52,992 nt of DNA from NCBI GenBank assembly GCA_027062325.1, contig JAMOTN010000081.1, forward strand, positions 1 through 52,992, read 5' to 3'. Position 1 is the stretch's first letter, and each line of letters begins with the position of its first letter. The notes under the pieces are model-generated. The model searched no databases, was not told where the DNA came from, and was given only the letters and a program-made list of their open reading frames with translations. Below are positions 8,473 through 16,879 of the stretch, in pieces. The translations under genes were made by a program, and so were the position numbers. This DNA comes from a bacterium. GTDB lineage: Bacteria > JAMOTN01.

Positions 8473-10446
8473 ATGGGGAGTAGAATTCTGCTTATGATTG
8501 TTATCTTCATGGTTACTTTTTCGTTTGCTGTAGGTGATTTAAATGTCTTTAGTGTAGTTGAGTATGGTATAAAAGATCCTGAATTTATGAAGGCATTGGA
8601 TAATTTGAAAAAAGTGCCTAAAAAATTTTTGGACAAAAGGTATCCGTATATAGAATTGTATTCGCGTGTTACTTATAAGGTGTTAAAAGATGCCTCAGGA
8701 ATTTTAGTAAAGTACAGAAGTATAAGTTATGTGAATAACACTTCAGGTGTTACAGAAGCAGGAGTTTTCACACTTTACTACGGGCCGGGAGCAAAGGAGA
8801 GCTATAGAGTATTGAGAGTTTATGATCCTAAAACGGGCAAGTTTTACTTTCCTTCAAAAGATGATTTTTCAATGAGTGTTCCTACAACTATGGATTTCTT
8901 TCAAAAGGAAGTAAATGTTGTGGTAAAGCTTCCAAAAGTTGGAGTTGGAAAAATTGTGGATATAGAGGGAGCTTATGTTTACCACAATATCAAGAAGAAA
9001 ATATTCGGACGTTCTATGAAGGATTATACAAGAAATCCAATATGTGAGGCGGTATGGGAGTACTATGTTGAAAAGCCTCTAAAACTGCACTGGAAAGTTT
9101 ATAACGAGGATGCTTTCAAAGATCCTTCTAAAGGAAAACCTGTTGAGGTATCTTCAATTGGAAAGTGGAACTACTATAAGTGGATCTTCAGAAAATTTGA
9201 TATGGACAAGAGAGAACCATCGACTCCAGCACCTATTTATTTTAGACCATACGTTATGGTTACAACAGCAGATAGTTGGAAATTTTACGGTGATTACTTT
9301 AAAGAATTGGGATTGTTTGAGTTGCTTACAAGGCCTACTCCGTTTTACAGAAAATTAGCAGAAACTATAATAGGAGATGCTAAGACGGTTCCTGAAAAGG
9401 TAAATGCAGTTATAAAGTGGATTAACAAAAATATTCACTACCTCGGTTTGGAAATTGGAACTATGGGTTGGATCCCAGTGCATCCTATGGATACTCTCAA
9501 AAATAAGTTTGCCGATTGTAAAGGTTATGCGACGCTTCTTACTGCTTTGTTAAGATCTTTGGGGATCAAGGCTTATCAAGCGGTTGTTTTTTCAGGACAA
9601 GAGTATAAGAATGATATAAACTTTCCCTACATTGTTACCAATCATATGATTGCGGCAGTAGAGTATAAGGGAAAGATAGTCATAGTTGATCCTACAGATA
9701 CCACAACTAAGTTTGGAACGTTGCCGGTTGGAGATAGAGATAGTGTTGTTATGGTTATAAAATATGATGATCCGGAATATTACAAGGTAGTAAAAACTCC
9801 GTGGTTTATTAATCAGTATCGTTCACTGTTAGAATTGGACCTGTCAAATGGGGTGGATAGCATAGGTTATTACTACAAACAGTGGGGAAATGAACATACA
9901 GATTCGGTACGCAGGCATCTTTACAAAGATTACAATTTGAAAAGGGCAGAATATGATATGGACAATGTGTTTGGTGGAAAAGCTGTAATATCAGTTGATT
10001 CTTATAAAGTTCACAATATAGACAATTGGGAAAAGAATGTTTGGTTGGAGATAAAGGGAGAAGTGGCAGGTTTGATTAAGAAAACAGATGGTGTAATATT
10101 TGTTCCATCAATTTACAAAACTAACTTGATATCTAGTGTTGCAGCGGATGAAAAGAGAAGTTATCCGATATATGTCGGTGCTCCAAATGATTATGGATGG
10201 GAGATACAAATTAAACTACCTCAGGGGTACAAGCCTTTGAGACTTGTTAGCAAAAAGATAGATGAGGGGGTTGCTTCTTACGAATATGAGGAAAGTTTTG
10301 ATGAGAATAGGGGAGTGTTTACCGTTAAATCAGTTTATATAAGGAAAAAGGCAGTTATGACCCCTGCAGAGTACTTGAAGTTGAGAAAAATATATTATTG
10401 GAGAGATAAGTTGACTTCGAGGGATTACGTGTTTATTAGCAAATAG
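8473..10446 (+). CDS. Secreted DUF3857/transglutaminase-like cysteine protease
   Basis: AGGAGG SD before ATG 8473 and a signal peptide. Cys-His-Asp triad in ADCKGYATLLTALLRSLGI, NHMI and VDPT. C-terminus is DUF3858-like. Confidence 0.85.
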   Translation: MGSRILLMIVIFMVTFSFAVGDLNVFSVVEYGIKDPEFMKALDNLKKVPKKFLDKRYPYIELYSRVTYKVLKDASGILVKYRSISYVNNTSGVTEAGVFTLYYGPGAKESYRVLRVYDPKTGKFYFPSKDDFSMSVPTTMDFFQKEVNVVVKLPKVGVGKIVDIEGAYVYHNIKKKIFGRSMKDYTRNPICEAVWEYYVEKPLKLHWKVYNEDAFKDPSKGKPVEVSSIGKWNYYKWIFRKFDMDKREPSTPAPIYFRPYVMVTTADSWKFYGDYFKELGLFELLTRPTPFYRKLAETIIGDAKTVPEKVNAVIKWINKNIHYLGLEIGTMGWIPVHPMDTLKNKFADCKGYATLLTALLRSLGIKAYQAVVFSGQEYKNDINFPYIVTNHMIAAVEYKGKIVIVDPTDTTTKFGTLPVGDRDSVVMVIKYDDPEYYKVVKTPWFINQYRSLLELDLSNGVDSIGYYYKQWGNEHTDSVRRHLYKDYNLKRAEYDMDNVFGGKAVISVDSYKVHNIDNWEKNVWLEIKGEVAGLIKKTDGVIFVPSIYKTNLISSVAADEKRSYPIYVGAPNDYGWEIQIKLPQGYKPLRLVSKKIDEGVASYEYEESFDENRGVFTVKSVYIRKKAVMTPAEYLKLRKIYYWRDKLTSRDYVFISK

Positions 10447-10473
10447 ATGTTAGGATGACAATAAAAGAGAGAG

Positions 10474-12582
10474 GTGAGAGTTATGATGGGGTGTAAAAAT
10501 AGAATGATTGCTTTTCTTGTAAGTGTTTTGGTGTTTTCATATTTGAGTGCAGCAATTTCTATGTGGGAAGTTGTTTTTAAAAGTGGTCTTGTGGTAAGTG
10601 TGGACAGTTGGCAAAAACGGGGAGATAGTGTTGTTCTCGTTTTAAATGGTCATAAGATGAAATTTAGTACTAAGGATATTCTTCTTATAAGAAAGAGGAC
10701 TGAGTGGAGCGTTTCAAAGGAGGTTACTGGATCTGCTAGAAGAGAAAAGAGTAGGTTGCCTGAGAGAAAAGAGCCGTGGATTGAGGAGTTTGTCTCTGTT
10801 AAAGTTAACACTCATTTTGTAGATTTTGACAATTACAAGATTGTTACAGATGTACTGGCTGTTCCTTTTACTAAGAGTAGGTTTAAGGAGAAGTACAAAA
10901 AATTTATATATACTTGGACGCCTGCTTATGTTGACTTGAACTTTAAAGTTTGGGGAGATAAAAATGGTAAAATACTGAAGCCGGATCTTGAGACTTACGA
11001 AGATAACACCAAAATTGTTAGTAAGTACTTTCCTCCTTTAAGGGTTGTTCAATTCTCTCTTAAGGGTGCAACAGAGAAAAGCATAATATACCAGCACAAG
11101 GAGATGAAGCCTTCGAAGAAGAGACAGTTATTTAGGAGATTTGTGAGTTTTTACCCATCTGTGGGTTTGGGATTACTTCAGAATAAGAAGTTTGAATATA
11201 TTTTAAGAGTGCCAGACGGCAATGCAAAGCTTTACAAGAGAAATGATGGGTTTATAGCTGTTTCAGAGGAAAAAGATGGAGATGAGGTTGTTTATGAATT
11301 CAAAGGGGAGGCTTTGAATGGTATAGAGGAGTCGATTCCGCCGGCTTATATGTGGCAGACGGGAGTATTGGTTAAAAAAGGAAACTTTGAGAAGGAGCTT
11401 TCTGAGTATCTGGAGAAATTGGAGAAGGGTTGGTTAAATGCAGGGGTAGATTCCAGAGAAAGGGCAATTATTAGAGCTTTCTTAAAAACCACTGAAGGTA
11501 AGTTTAAACCCAGCAAAGTGTGGGCTGCTAAATTTCTTTACTGGTTGCAGAGGAATCTTCCTTTGAGAACCGTGTTTGTGAATAATGTTTATGATCCATA
11601 TCCAGAGAAGTTTTCTGATTTGATGAATGTCGTGTTTGGAAGTGGCGCTGTGTCTTCTGTTGGATTTGTTGTTGAGATGTATCGTTTATTTAAGTTGCTT
11701 GGTTATGATGTGCAGCTTGTTGTGGGAATTGAGCCTTATGTGCCAAGATTAGAGTGTGAGTTTCTTGAATTATTCAAAACTTTTGAAAATTTAGGAATGG
11801 CTTTAAGAATGAAAGATTTCTGGGTTATTCCAAATGGTTCGGTGTTTTCCAGCTATGTGTTTGATAAAACACCATTTCAATATATATTTAATAAGAGAAA
11901 GCAGAAGTTGATTTCTGTTAAGGATTATTACGAACCTTCTTTCGGCGGTAGCAAAAAGGTTTATTACGAGTTGAGTATAGGCAAGGACAAGGGGATTGGG
12001 AGAATCAAGATTTACTACGAAGCAGAAGATGCTGTTAGAGAGGCGTTGAGTTACCGTGGCAAGCTGCCGACGGAGATCAAAAGAAAGTTCCAGAGGTTAG
12101 TAAGTTACTTGGTTTCAGGTGCTAAAGTTATAGCTTATAAGTATGACGATATATACATGCCGGATGGAAAGTTTTGGGAGGAGGTCGAGTTTGAATTTGA
12201 TCCGAAAGATGTGGTTAAGGATTACGGAGAGTTTAAAGTTGTAAATGTTCCAGAATATCTTTTAAATGGTTATTTGGGTATGCCCAAGGAGTTGAAGAGA
12301 AAATATCCTTATTGGTTGGGAAATTGGGGTGTTGAGGATATAGAGATTGTGTTGAAGCTCAAAAATGGGAAGTTCATGAGTTTTCCAAAGAGCTTAAAGT
12401 ATGAAAAGCATGGACTGAGGGTGGTTGCAGATACTAAATTAAATGCTAACAAGCTTGTTCTAAAAAGGTTTATAAAATCTGTTCCTTACAAAGCCATAGT
12501 ATTTCCAAATGAGTGGTCCGGCTATGTGAAAAGTTACGTTGCAATGTTGAAAAAGTTATCTTCGCCGATAATTGTAAAATAG
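10474..12582 (+). CDS. Secreted DUF3857/transglutaminase-like paralogue, catalytically degenerate
   Basis: Signal peptide and the same layout as the upstream gene (RKYPYWLG vs RSYPIYVG). The catalytic Cys position reads SSVG. True start may be ATG 10483 or 10486. Confidence 0.65.
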   Translation: MRVMMGCKNRMIAFLVSVLVFSYLSAAISMWEVVFKSGLVVSVDSWQKRGDSVVLVLNGHKMKFSTKDILLIRKRTEWSVSKEVTGSARREKSRLPERKEPWIEEFVSVKVNTHFVDFDNYKIVTDVLAVPFTKSRFKEKYKKFIYTWTPAYVDLNFKVWGDKNGKILKPDLETYEDNTKIVSKYFPPLRVVQFSLKGATEKSIIYQHKEMKPSKKRQLFRRFVSFYPSVGLGLLQNKKFEYILRVPDGNAKLYKRNDGFIAVSEEKDGDEVVYEFKGEALNGIEESIPPAYMWQTGVLVKKGNFEKELSEYLEKLEKGWLNAGVDSRERAIIRAFLKTTEGKFKPSKVWAAKFLYWLQRNLPLRTVFVNNVYDPYPEKFSDLMNVVFGSGAVSSVGFVVEMYRLFKLLGYDVQLVVGIEPYVPRLECEFLELFKTFENLGMALRMKDFWVIPNGSVFSSYVFDKTPFQYIFNKRKQKLISVKDYYEPSFGGSKKVYYELSIGKDKGIGRIKIYYEAEDAVREALSYRGKLPTEIKRKFQRLVSYLVSGAKVIAYKYDDIYMPDGKFWEEVEFEFDPKDVVKDYGEFKVVNVPEYLLNGYLGMPKELKRKYPYWLGNWGVEDIEIVLKLKNGKFMSFPKSLKYEKHGLRVVADTKLNANKLVLKRFIKSVPYKAIVFPNEWSGYVKSYVAMLKKLSSPIIVK

Positions 12583-12600
12583 TCTCGGAATTACTATTTT

Positions 12601-12637
12601 GCCCCCTCCTGCATTAGGGAGGGGGCTTTTATTTTTT
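12601..12637 (+). terminator. Rho-independent terminator
   Basis: GCCCCCTCC / GGAGGGGGC stem followed by TTTTATTTTTT. Confidence 0.85.
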
Positions 12638-12678
12638 GTGAAATTAACTGTTCTATGTTTTTAAAAGTGGAGAATTGC

Positions 12679-13353
12679 TTAAAATAGCAGCTCTTTAATG
12701 AGCGAATCTAATCCAACTTTTATTCCAGAATTTTTGGCGCACCATTCTATAGCAAGTTTTACTCCATAACCGAAACTGCTCCTGCTCATAGAGTGATGAG
12801 TTATATTTAGAACTTCTCCATTTGATGAAAAGATGACGGATTGGTGGGCCACTAATCCGGGAAGCCTTATAGAGGAAATTTGTTCTGACTTGATTTCACC
12901 CGCTATCATTTCACTTGTGAATTTTGCAGTGCCACTTGGTTTATCTTTTTTATTGATGTGGTGTGCCTCTACTATGTGCCAGTGTTCGAAAAAGTTAGAA
13001 GCCATTTTAGAGAATATCATCATCAGATTTGCACCAATTGAAAAGTTTGGTGCTACAAATATTGCTTGAGATTCCTTCAAATTTAATAAGTCTAAAATTT
13101 TCAAATCCCATCCAGTTGTGCCAATAACCATGTCTTTACCATTTTCAATGCAAATGTTTATATTTTCCAAAACTGCTTCAGGAGTTGTAAAATCTACTAC
13201 ACAATTTACTTTACTTATAACCTCTTTTAGGTTTACATTTAACTTTGGATCAACCTCCACAACTTCCAATCCTTGTTCTACTAAAAATTTTGTGACAGCA
13301 CTTCCAGTTTTTCCTTTAGCTCCACATACAGCGATAACTTCATGTTTTTTCAC
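12679..13353 (-). CDS. dapB: 4-hydroxy-tetrahydrodipicolinate reductase
   Basis: Motifs GAKGKTG, DFTTP, IGTTG, APNFSIG and EAHHINKKDKPSGTA. GGAGGTG SD. Confidence 0.95.
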   Translation of the reverse strand: MKKHEVIAVCGAKGKTGSAVTKFLVEQGLEVVEVDPKLNVNLKEVISKVNCVVDFTTPEAVLENINICIENGKDMVIGTTGWDLKILDLLNLKESQAIFVAPNFSIGANLMMIFSKMASNFFEHWHIVEAHHINKKDKPSGTAKFTSEMIAGEIKSEQISSIRLPGLVAHQSVIFSSNGEVLNITHHSMSRSSFGYGVKLAIEWCAKNSGIKVGLDSLIKELLF

Positions 13354-13443
13354 TATAAATCACCTCCGGAGATTTGTTTTTTACTAGTGATTTCTATCTT
13401 TTAAAGTTTACAATAATCTTGCTTGTTTTGATAAAATAAAAAT

Positions 13444-14298
13444 ATGCTAGCAATACTTGGTTTGATAATAGTTTTAATGGTGCTAATTATTTTCTTCTTT
13501 ACTAAGAATCCGTATATGTTACGTGTTGAGGAGAAAATTGATAAAGTTATTGATTTAAAGGATGGCTCTAGTCTTGAAATAAAAGTAGAAAGGGGTACTG
13601 TGAAGTTAGTTCCAACTGCTGATGGGGTAGGCAGGTTGTTGGTTGATGTTTATGAAAATGCGGAATTTAATTGGTTGAGAAGCAATGGGACTTTAAAACT
13701 TGAGTCTCAATTGAAGAATACTGAGAATGTTGTGAGGTTTGCAGGAGGAGTTTCTTTAACTGTTATGGTACCCGCAATTAATTTAAAATCAATAAGTGTT
13801 TCTGTGAGTGATGGGATGATTGAAATTGAAGGAGTTAAGGCTGATGATATTAACATAGATGGAATTAAAGTTCCTATAAAGGTTAATAAAGTTGCTGCTA
13901 GTCATTTAAAGATTACAACTTCAATGGGGAATGTTAAAGTGAGAGCTTCTACATTTGGGGAATTTGCTGTTTATAGTAACAGTGGGAATATTTTAGTATC
14001 TGAAGTTGAAGGTGAGGTTTTGAGAATAAATGCAGCTCATGGAGTGGCTAAAATTGAGTTGAGTTCGGTATCTGATAATGCAGTAATAGATATATTAGAG
14101 GGAAAAATTACTTTGGTTGCAATGTCTGGTTCGGGTGAATTGAAAGTTAGAATGAACAATGGAATTGTTGAAGTTATGAATTGTAAGATAAGTAGCTGTG
14201 AAGTATCTGCGCCTTCTAAGAGTTTAGATTTTAGCGAAGATCCAGATGGAATAAAACTGGATGTTAACGTTACTGAAGGTAGAGTAAGGATTGGCTGA
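13444..14298 (+). CDS. Membrane-anchored DUF4097-like beta-strand repeat (putative adhesin) protein
   Basis: N-terminal TM helix and repeating units such as TTSMGNVKV, SNSGNILV and NAAHGVAKI. Confidence 0.7.
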   Translation: MLAILGLIIVLMVLIIFFFTKNPYMLRVEEKIDKVIDLKDGSSLEIKVERGTVKLVPTADGVGRLLVDVYENAEFNWLRSNGTLKLESQLKNTENVVRFAGGVSLTVMVPAINLKSISVSVSDGMIEIEGVKADDINIDGIKVPIKVNKVAASHLKITTSMGNVKVRASTFGEFAVYSNSGNILVSEVEGEVLRINAAHGVAKIELSSVSDNAVIDILEGKITLVAMSGSGELKVRMNNGIVEVMNCKISSCEVSAPSKSLDFSEDPDGIKLDVNVTEGRVRIG

Positions 14299-14307
14299 TA
14301 AGTGCAG

Positions 14308-14336
14308 TTGCGATCAAAGGGGAGCAGAGTTATAAT
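14308..14336 (+). promoter_or_regulatory. Sigma-70 promoter of the infC-rpmI-rplT operon
   Basis: TTGCGA-N17-TATAAT. Confidence 0.7.
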
Positions 14337-14376
14337 TTAATAAAACTGGATGTAGTGATTATTAAGGAAGGGAAAA

Positions 14377-14436
14377 ACAGGCAAAGGCCTGTGCCTAGGT
14401 GGGGGACTGGTGCTGCCAGACCTTGCCGGGCTTTTT
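14377..14436 (+). promoter_or_regulatory. GC-rich structured leader element upstream of infC
   Basis: Hairpin ACAGGC-AAAG-GCCTGT, alternative pairing GGCAA(A)GG/CCTTGCC, hairpin CTGG-TGCTG-CCAG, then a T run. Confidence 0.45.
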
Positions 14437-14546
14437 AAAAAAAGTTTGAGGAAAGTAGCAGTTTTGAAAATAGTTTCACAAATATTGTAGTAGGAGAAAA
14501 ACTGGGTAATACGTGCTTATATTCTATATGGAGGTGAGATTTTTTA

Positions 14547-15074
14547 ATGAAAAAGACTTCAAGAAAGAATGAACCACGAATGAATGAAAGGATCCGAGTT
14601 CCAGAGGTTAGGGTTATAGGACCGGATGGTAAGCAACTTGGGATAATGGATACCAAAGAGGCTTTAGCAATGGCAAAGGAGATGGGGCTTGATTTGGTGG
14701 AAGTTGCCCCAAATGCCCAACCTCCGGTTTGTAGAATAATGGACTGGGGAAAGTATAAGTATGAGCAGGCTAAAAAGGAAAAACAAGCTAAGAAAAAAGC
14801 TCGTCATAATCAGATAAAGGAGATGCAGTTTCGCCCTAAAATAAGTGAGCATGATTTCATGATAAAGATAAAGAAGGTAAAGGAATTTATAGAGGATGGT
14901 TATAAGGTGAAAGTTGTTGTTAGATTGAGAGGACGCGAGTTGGAGACGCCGGAAATTGCTAAGGAGATGATTTATAAGATAAGGGATGAGATAGCTGATG
15001 TGGCAAAAATGGAGAATCGCGATTTAAAGTTAGAAGGAAGGCAAATGGTTGTCATGTTCTTTCCAAAAAAATAA
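14547..15074 (+). CDS. infC: Translation initiation factor IF-3
   Basis: Motifs NERIRVPEVRVIG, LDLVEVAPNAQPPVCRIMDWGKYKYE, KEMQFRPKI and RGRE. Confidence 0.98.
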   Translation: MKKTSRKNEPRMNERIRVPEVRVIGPDGKQLGIMDTKEALAMAKEMGLDLVEVAPNAQPPVCRIMDWGKYKYEQAKKEKQAKKKARHNQIKEMQFRPKISEHDFMIKIKKVKEFIEDGYKVKVVVRLRGRELETPEIAKEMIYKIRDEIADVAKMENRDLKLEGRQMVVMFFPKK

Positions 15075-15129
15075 GATTTTTAGCGATTGTTAGTTTTTGA
15101 GATGTAAGTAACGGAAGGAGGGGATATCT

Positions 15130-15333
15130 ATGGGAAAGGTGAAGGCTAAGGTGAGAAGGAGTATTGCAAAGAGAGTTAAGGTTAGAAGTTCTGGGAAAAT
15201 CAAAAGATTTAGTGCAAATCGCAGTCACTTGCTTGCTAAGAAGAGCAAAACTAGAAAAAATAGATTGAAAAAGGTCAAGGATATGAAAAAAGGTGATGCA
15301 CGTAGAATGTTGAAGGGACTTATGATGGCTTAA
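15130..15333 (+). CDS. rpmI: 50S ribosomal protein L35
   Basis: Basic 67-aa protein with AKRVK..SGKIKR and HLLAKK, between infC and rplT. Confidence 0.93.
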   Translation: MGKVKAKVRRSIAKRVKVRSSGKIKRFSANRSHLLAKKSKTRKNRLKKVKDMKKGDARRMLKGLMMA

Positions 15334-15379
15334 ATTTAGGTGTTAATTGAGTTAAAAAGAATAAACGGGGGTGTTAGTC

Positions 15380-15739
15380 ATGGTCAGAGTAAAGGGAGCG
15401 GTTATTACTCGTAAGAAACATAAAAAGATAATGAAGCTTGCTAAAGGATATTTTCAAGGAAATAGAAAGAGATTTAGAGCTGCAAAGGAAGCTGTAGTAA
15501 AGGCTTTAAGTAAGAGAAGAGCTCACTTAAGAGAAAAAAAGAGAAATATGAGAAGGCTTTGGATAGTTAGAATAAATGCGGCTGTGAGAGAATTTGGATT
15601 GAGTTACAGCAAGTTTATTAGCGGGCTTAAAAAAGCAAATGTTGCTGTTAATAGAAAAATGCTTGCAGAGATGGCTATTTCTGATCCTAAAGGATTTGAG
15701 TATTTAGTAGAAACTGCTAAGAAAGCCCTTGAGGCTTAA
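15380..15739 (+). CDS. rplT: 50S ribosomal protein L20
   Basis: Motifs MVRVK, KLAKGY, RRLWIVRINAA, SYSKFI and NRKMLAEMA. Confidence 0.98.
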   Translation: MVRVKGAVITRKKHKKIMKLAKGYFQGNRKRFRAAKEAVVKALSKRRAHLREKKRNMRRLWIVRINAAVREFGLSYSKFISGLKKANVAVNRKMLAEMAISDPKGFEYLVETAKKALEA

Positions 15740-15778
15740 ATAAAGTTCGAAAGATTTTGGCTTTTGGGAGGGCAAGGT

Positions 15779-16417
15779 ATGGTTAGGTTAGTACTTGCCT
15801 CTTCATCTCCAAGAAGAAGACAAATACTTGAGATGCTGGGGTTGAATTTCGAAGTTGTAAAACCTTTAGCAGAGGAGAAGATTGATCCCAAGCTCACTGT
15901 CTCTCAGTTGGTAAAAAGCCTTGCCCTCCAAAAGGCCGATTCGGTGTTGGGGCAAAAGGTACTTTTTAACGCACTAATGGGAGATGTAGGTGAGGATAAG
16001 ACCGATGGAAAAATATTAGTTTTAGCGGCTGATACTGTGGTTTACCTTGATTATAAAATATTGGGAAAGCCTTCATCTCGGAAAGAAGCAGAAAATATGT
16101 TAAAGATGTTAAGTGGAAGGTGGCATGAGGTTTATGGGGGTGTTGCGTTAGTTTTATTAAACTCTAGTTTAGAAGTATTAGCCAAAGTGGATGGGTTCAA
16201 AGTAAGTAGGGTGAAGTTTAGAGATTTGGGGGCTGAGATGTTAAAATGGTATTTAGATGAGGGAGAGTGGACGGATAAGGCGGGTGCCTATGCGGCTCAA
16301 GGTAAGGGGAGCCTTTTGATAGAGAAAATAGATGGCTGTTTTTTCAATGTTATGGGCTTATCGCCTGTATTAATTGATGAATTGAGTAAGGAAGTGGGAG
16401 TGAGTTTGTTTGCTTGA
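15779..16417 (+). CDS. maf: Maf-family nucleoside triphosphate pyrophosphatase
   Basis: Motifs LVLASSSPRRRQIL, AADTVV, ILGKP, LSGRWH, DKAGAY and NVMGL. GGAGG SD before ATG 15779. Confidence 0.93.
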   Translation: MVRLVLASSSPRRRQILEMLGLNFEVVKPLAEEKIDPKLTVSQLVKSLALQKADSVLGQKVLFNALMGDVGEDKTDGKILVLAADTVVYLDYKILGKPSSRKEAENMLKMLSGRWHEVYGGVALVLLNSSLEVLAKVDGFKVSRVKFRDLGAEMLKWYLDEGEWTDKAGAYAAQGKGSLLIEKIDGCFFNVMGLSPVLIDELSKEVGVSLFA

Positions 16418-16868
16418 TTATGCGGATGCAGGTTCGGGTGTGAATTATTTAGGAGTTTTAACCGATATTCTTTTGGTTGCGGTTCTCATAGTTTGGTTTG
16501 GTGTAGTAGCATATATTCTTTACGTTTTTCTGTTAAAAGAAGCACTTGGTGGAATTTCAGGACGTGGAGGAATAAAAGGAAAGGTGAGATCAACTTTTGG
16601 GCCTGTAGAAGGTGCAGTCATCACAGTTGGAGTTTTAAAGCAGCTTGGAGCTTCTGAGGTGATGGTTGAACCTGTTAAGTTGGATAATGATAATGAGGCT
16701 AAAGCAGTTACCGATAGTGATGGAAACTTTTTAGTGGAGGGATTGCCCTCTGGGGCACTATGGTTATTAGTGGAAAAAGAAGGATATGCTCCATATAGAA
16801 AATTAGTTGAGGTTAAAACTGGGAAAATTATGGTAATACCGCCTATAACTTTGAAAGAGGAGCAATAA
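16410..16868 (+). CDS. Membrane protein with carboxypeptidase-regulatory-like beta-sandwich domain
   Basis: TM helix followed by IKGKV, PVEGAVI, TDSDGNFLVEGLPSG and KEGY. Start is uncertain. Confidence 0.7.
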   Translation: MLDYADAGSGVNYLGVLTDILLVAVLIVWFGVVAYILYVFLLKEALGGISGRGGIKGKVRSTFGPVEGAVITVGVLKQLGASEVMVEPVKLDNDNEAKAVTDSDGNFLVEGLPSGALWLLVEKEGYAPYRKLVEVKTGKIMVIPPITLKEEQ

Positions 16869-16879
16869 TATAAAAAATT

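Noticed and set aside
14377-14436. Resemblance to a c-di-GMP-I riboswitch (GCAAAG..CCTA), SRP RNA or tRNA-Sec
   Set aside because: There is no GAAA-capped P2 stem, no SRP helix-8 motif and no cloverleaf. Kept only as an unassigned structured leader.
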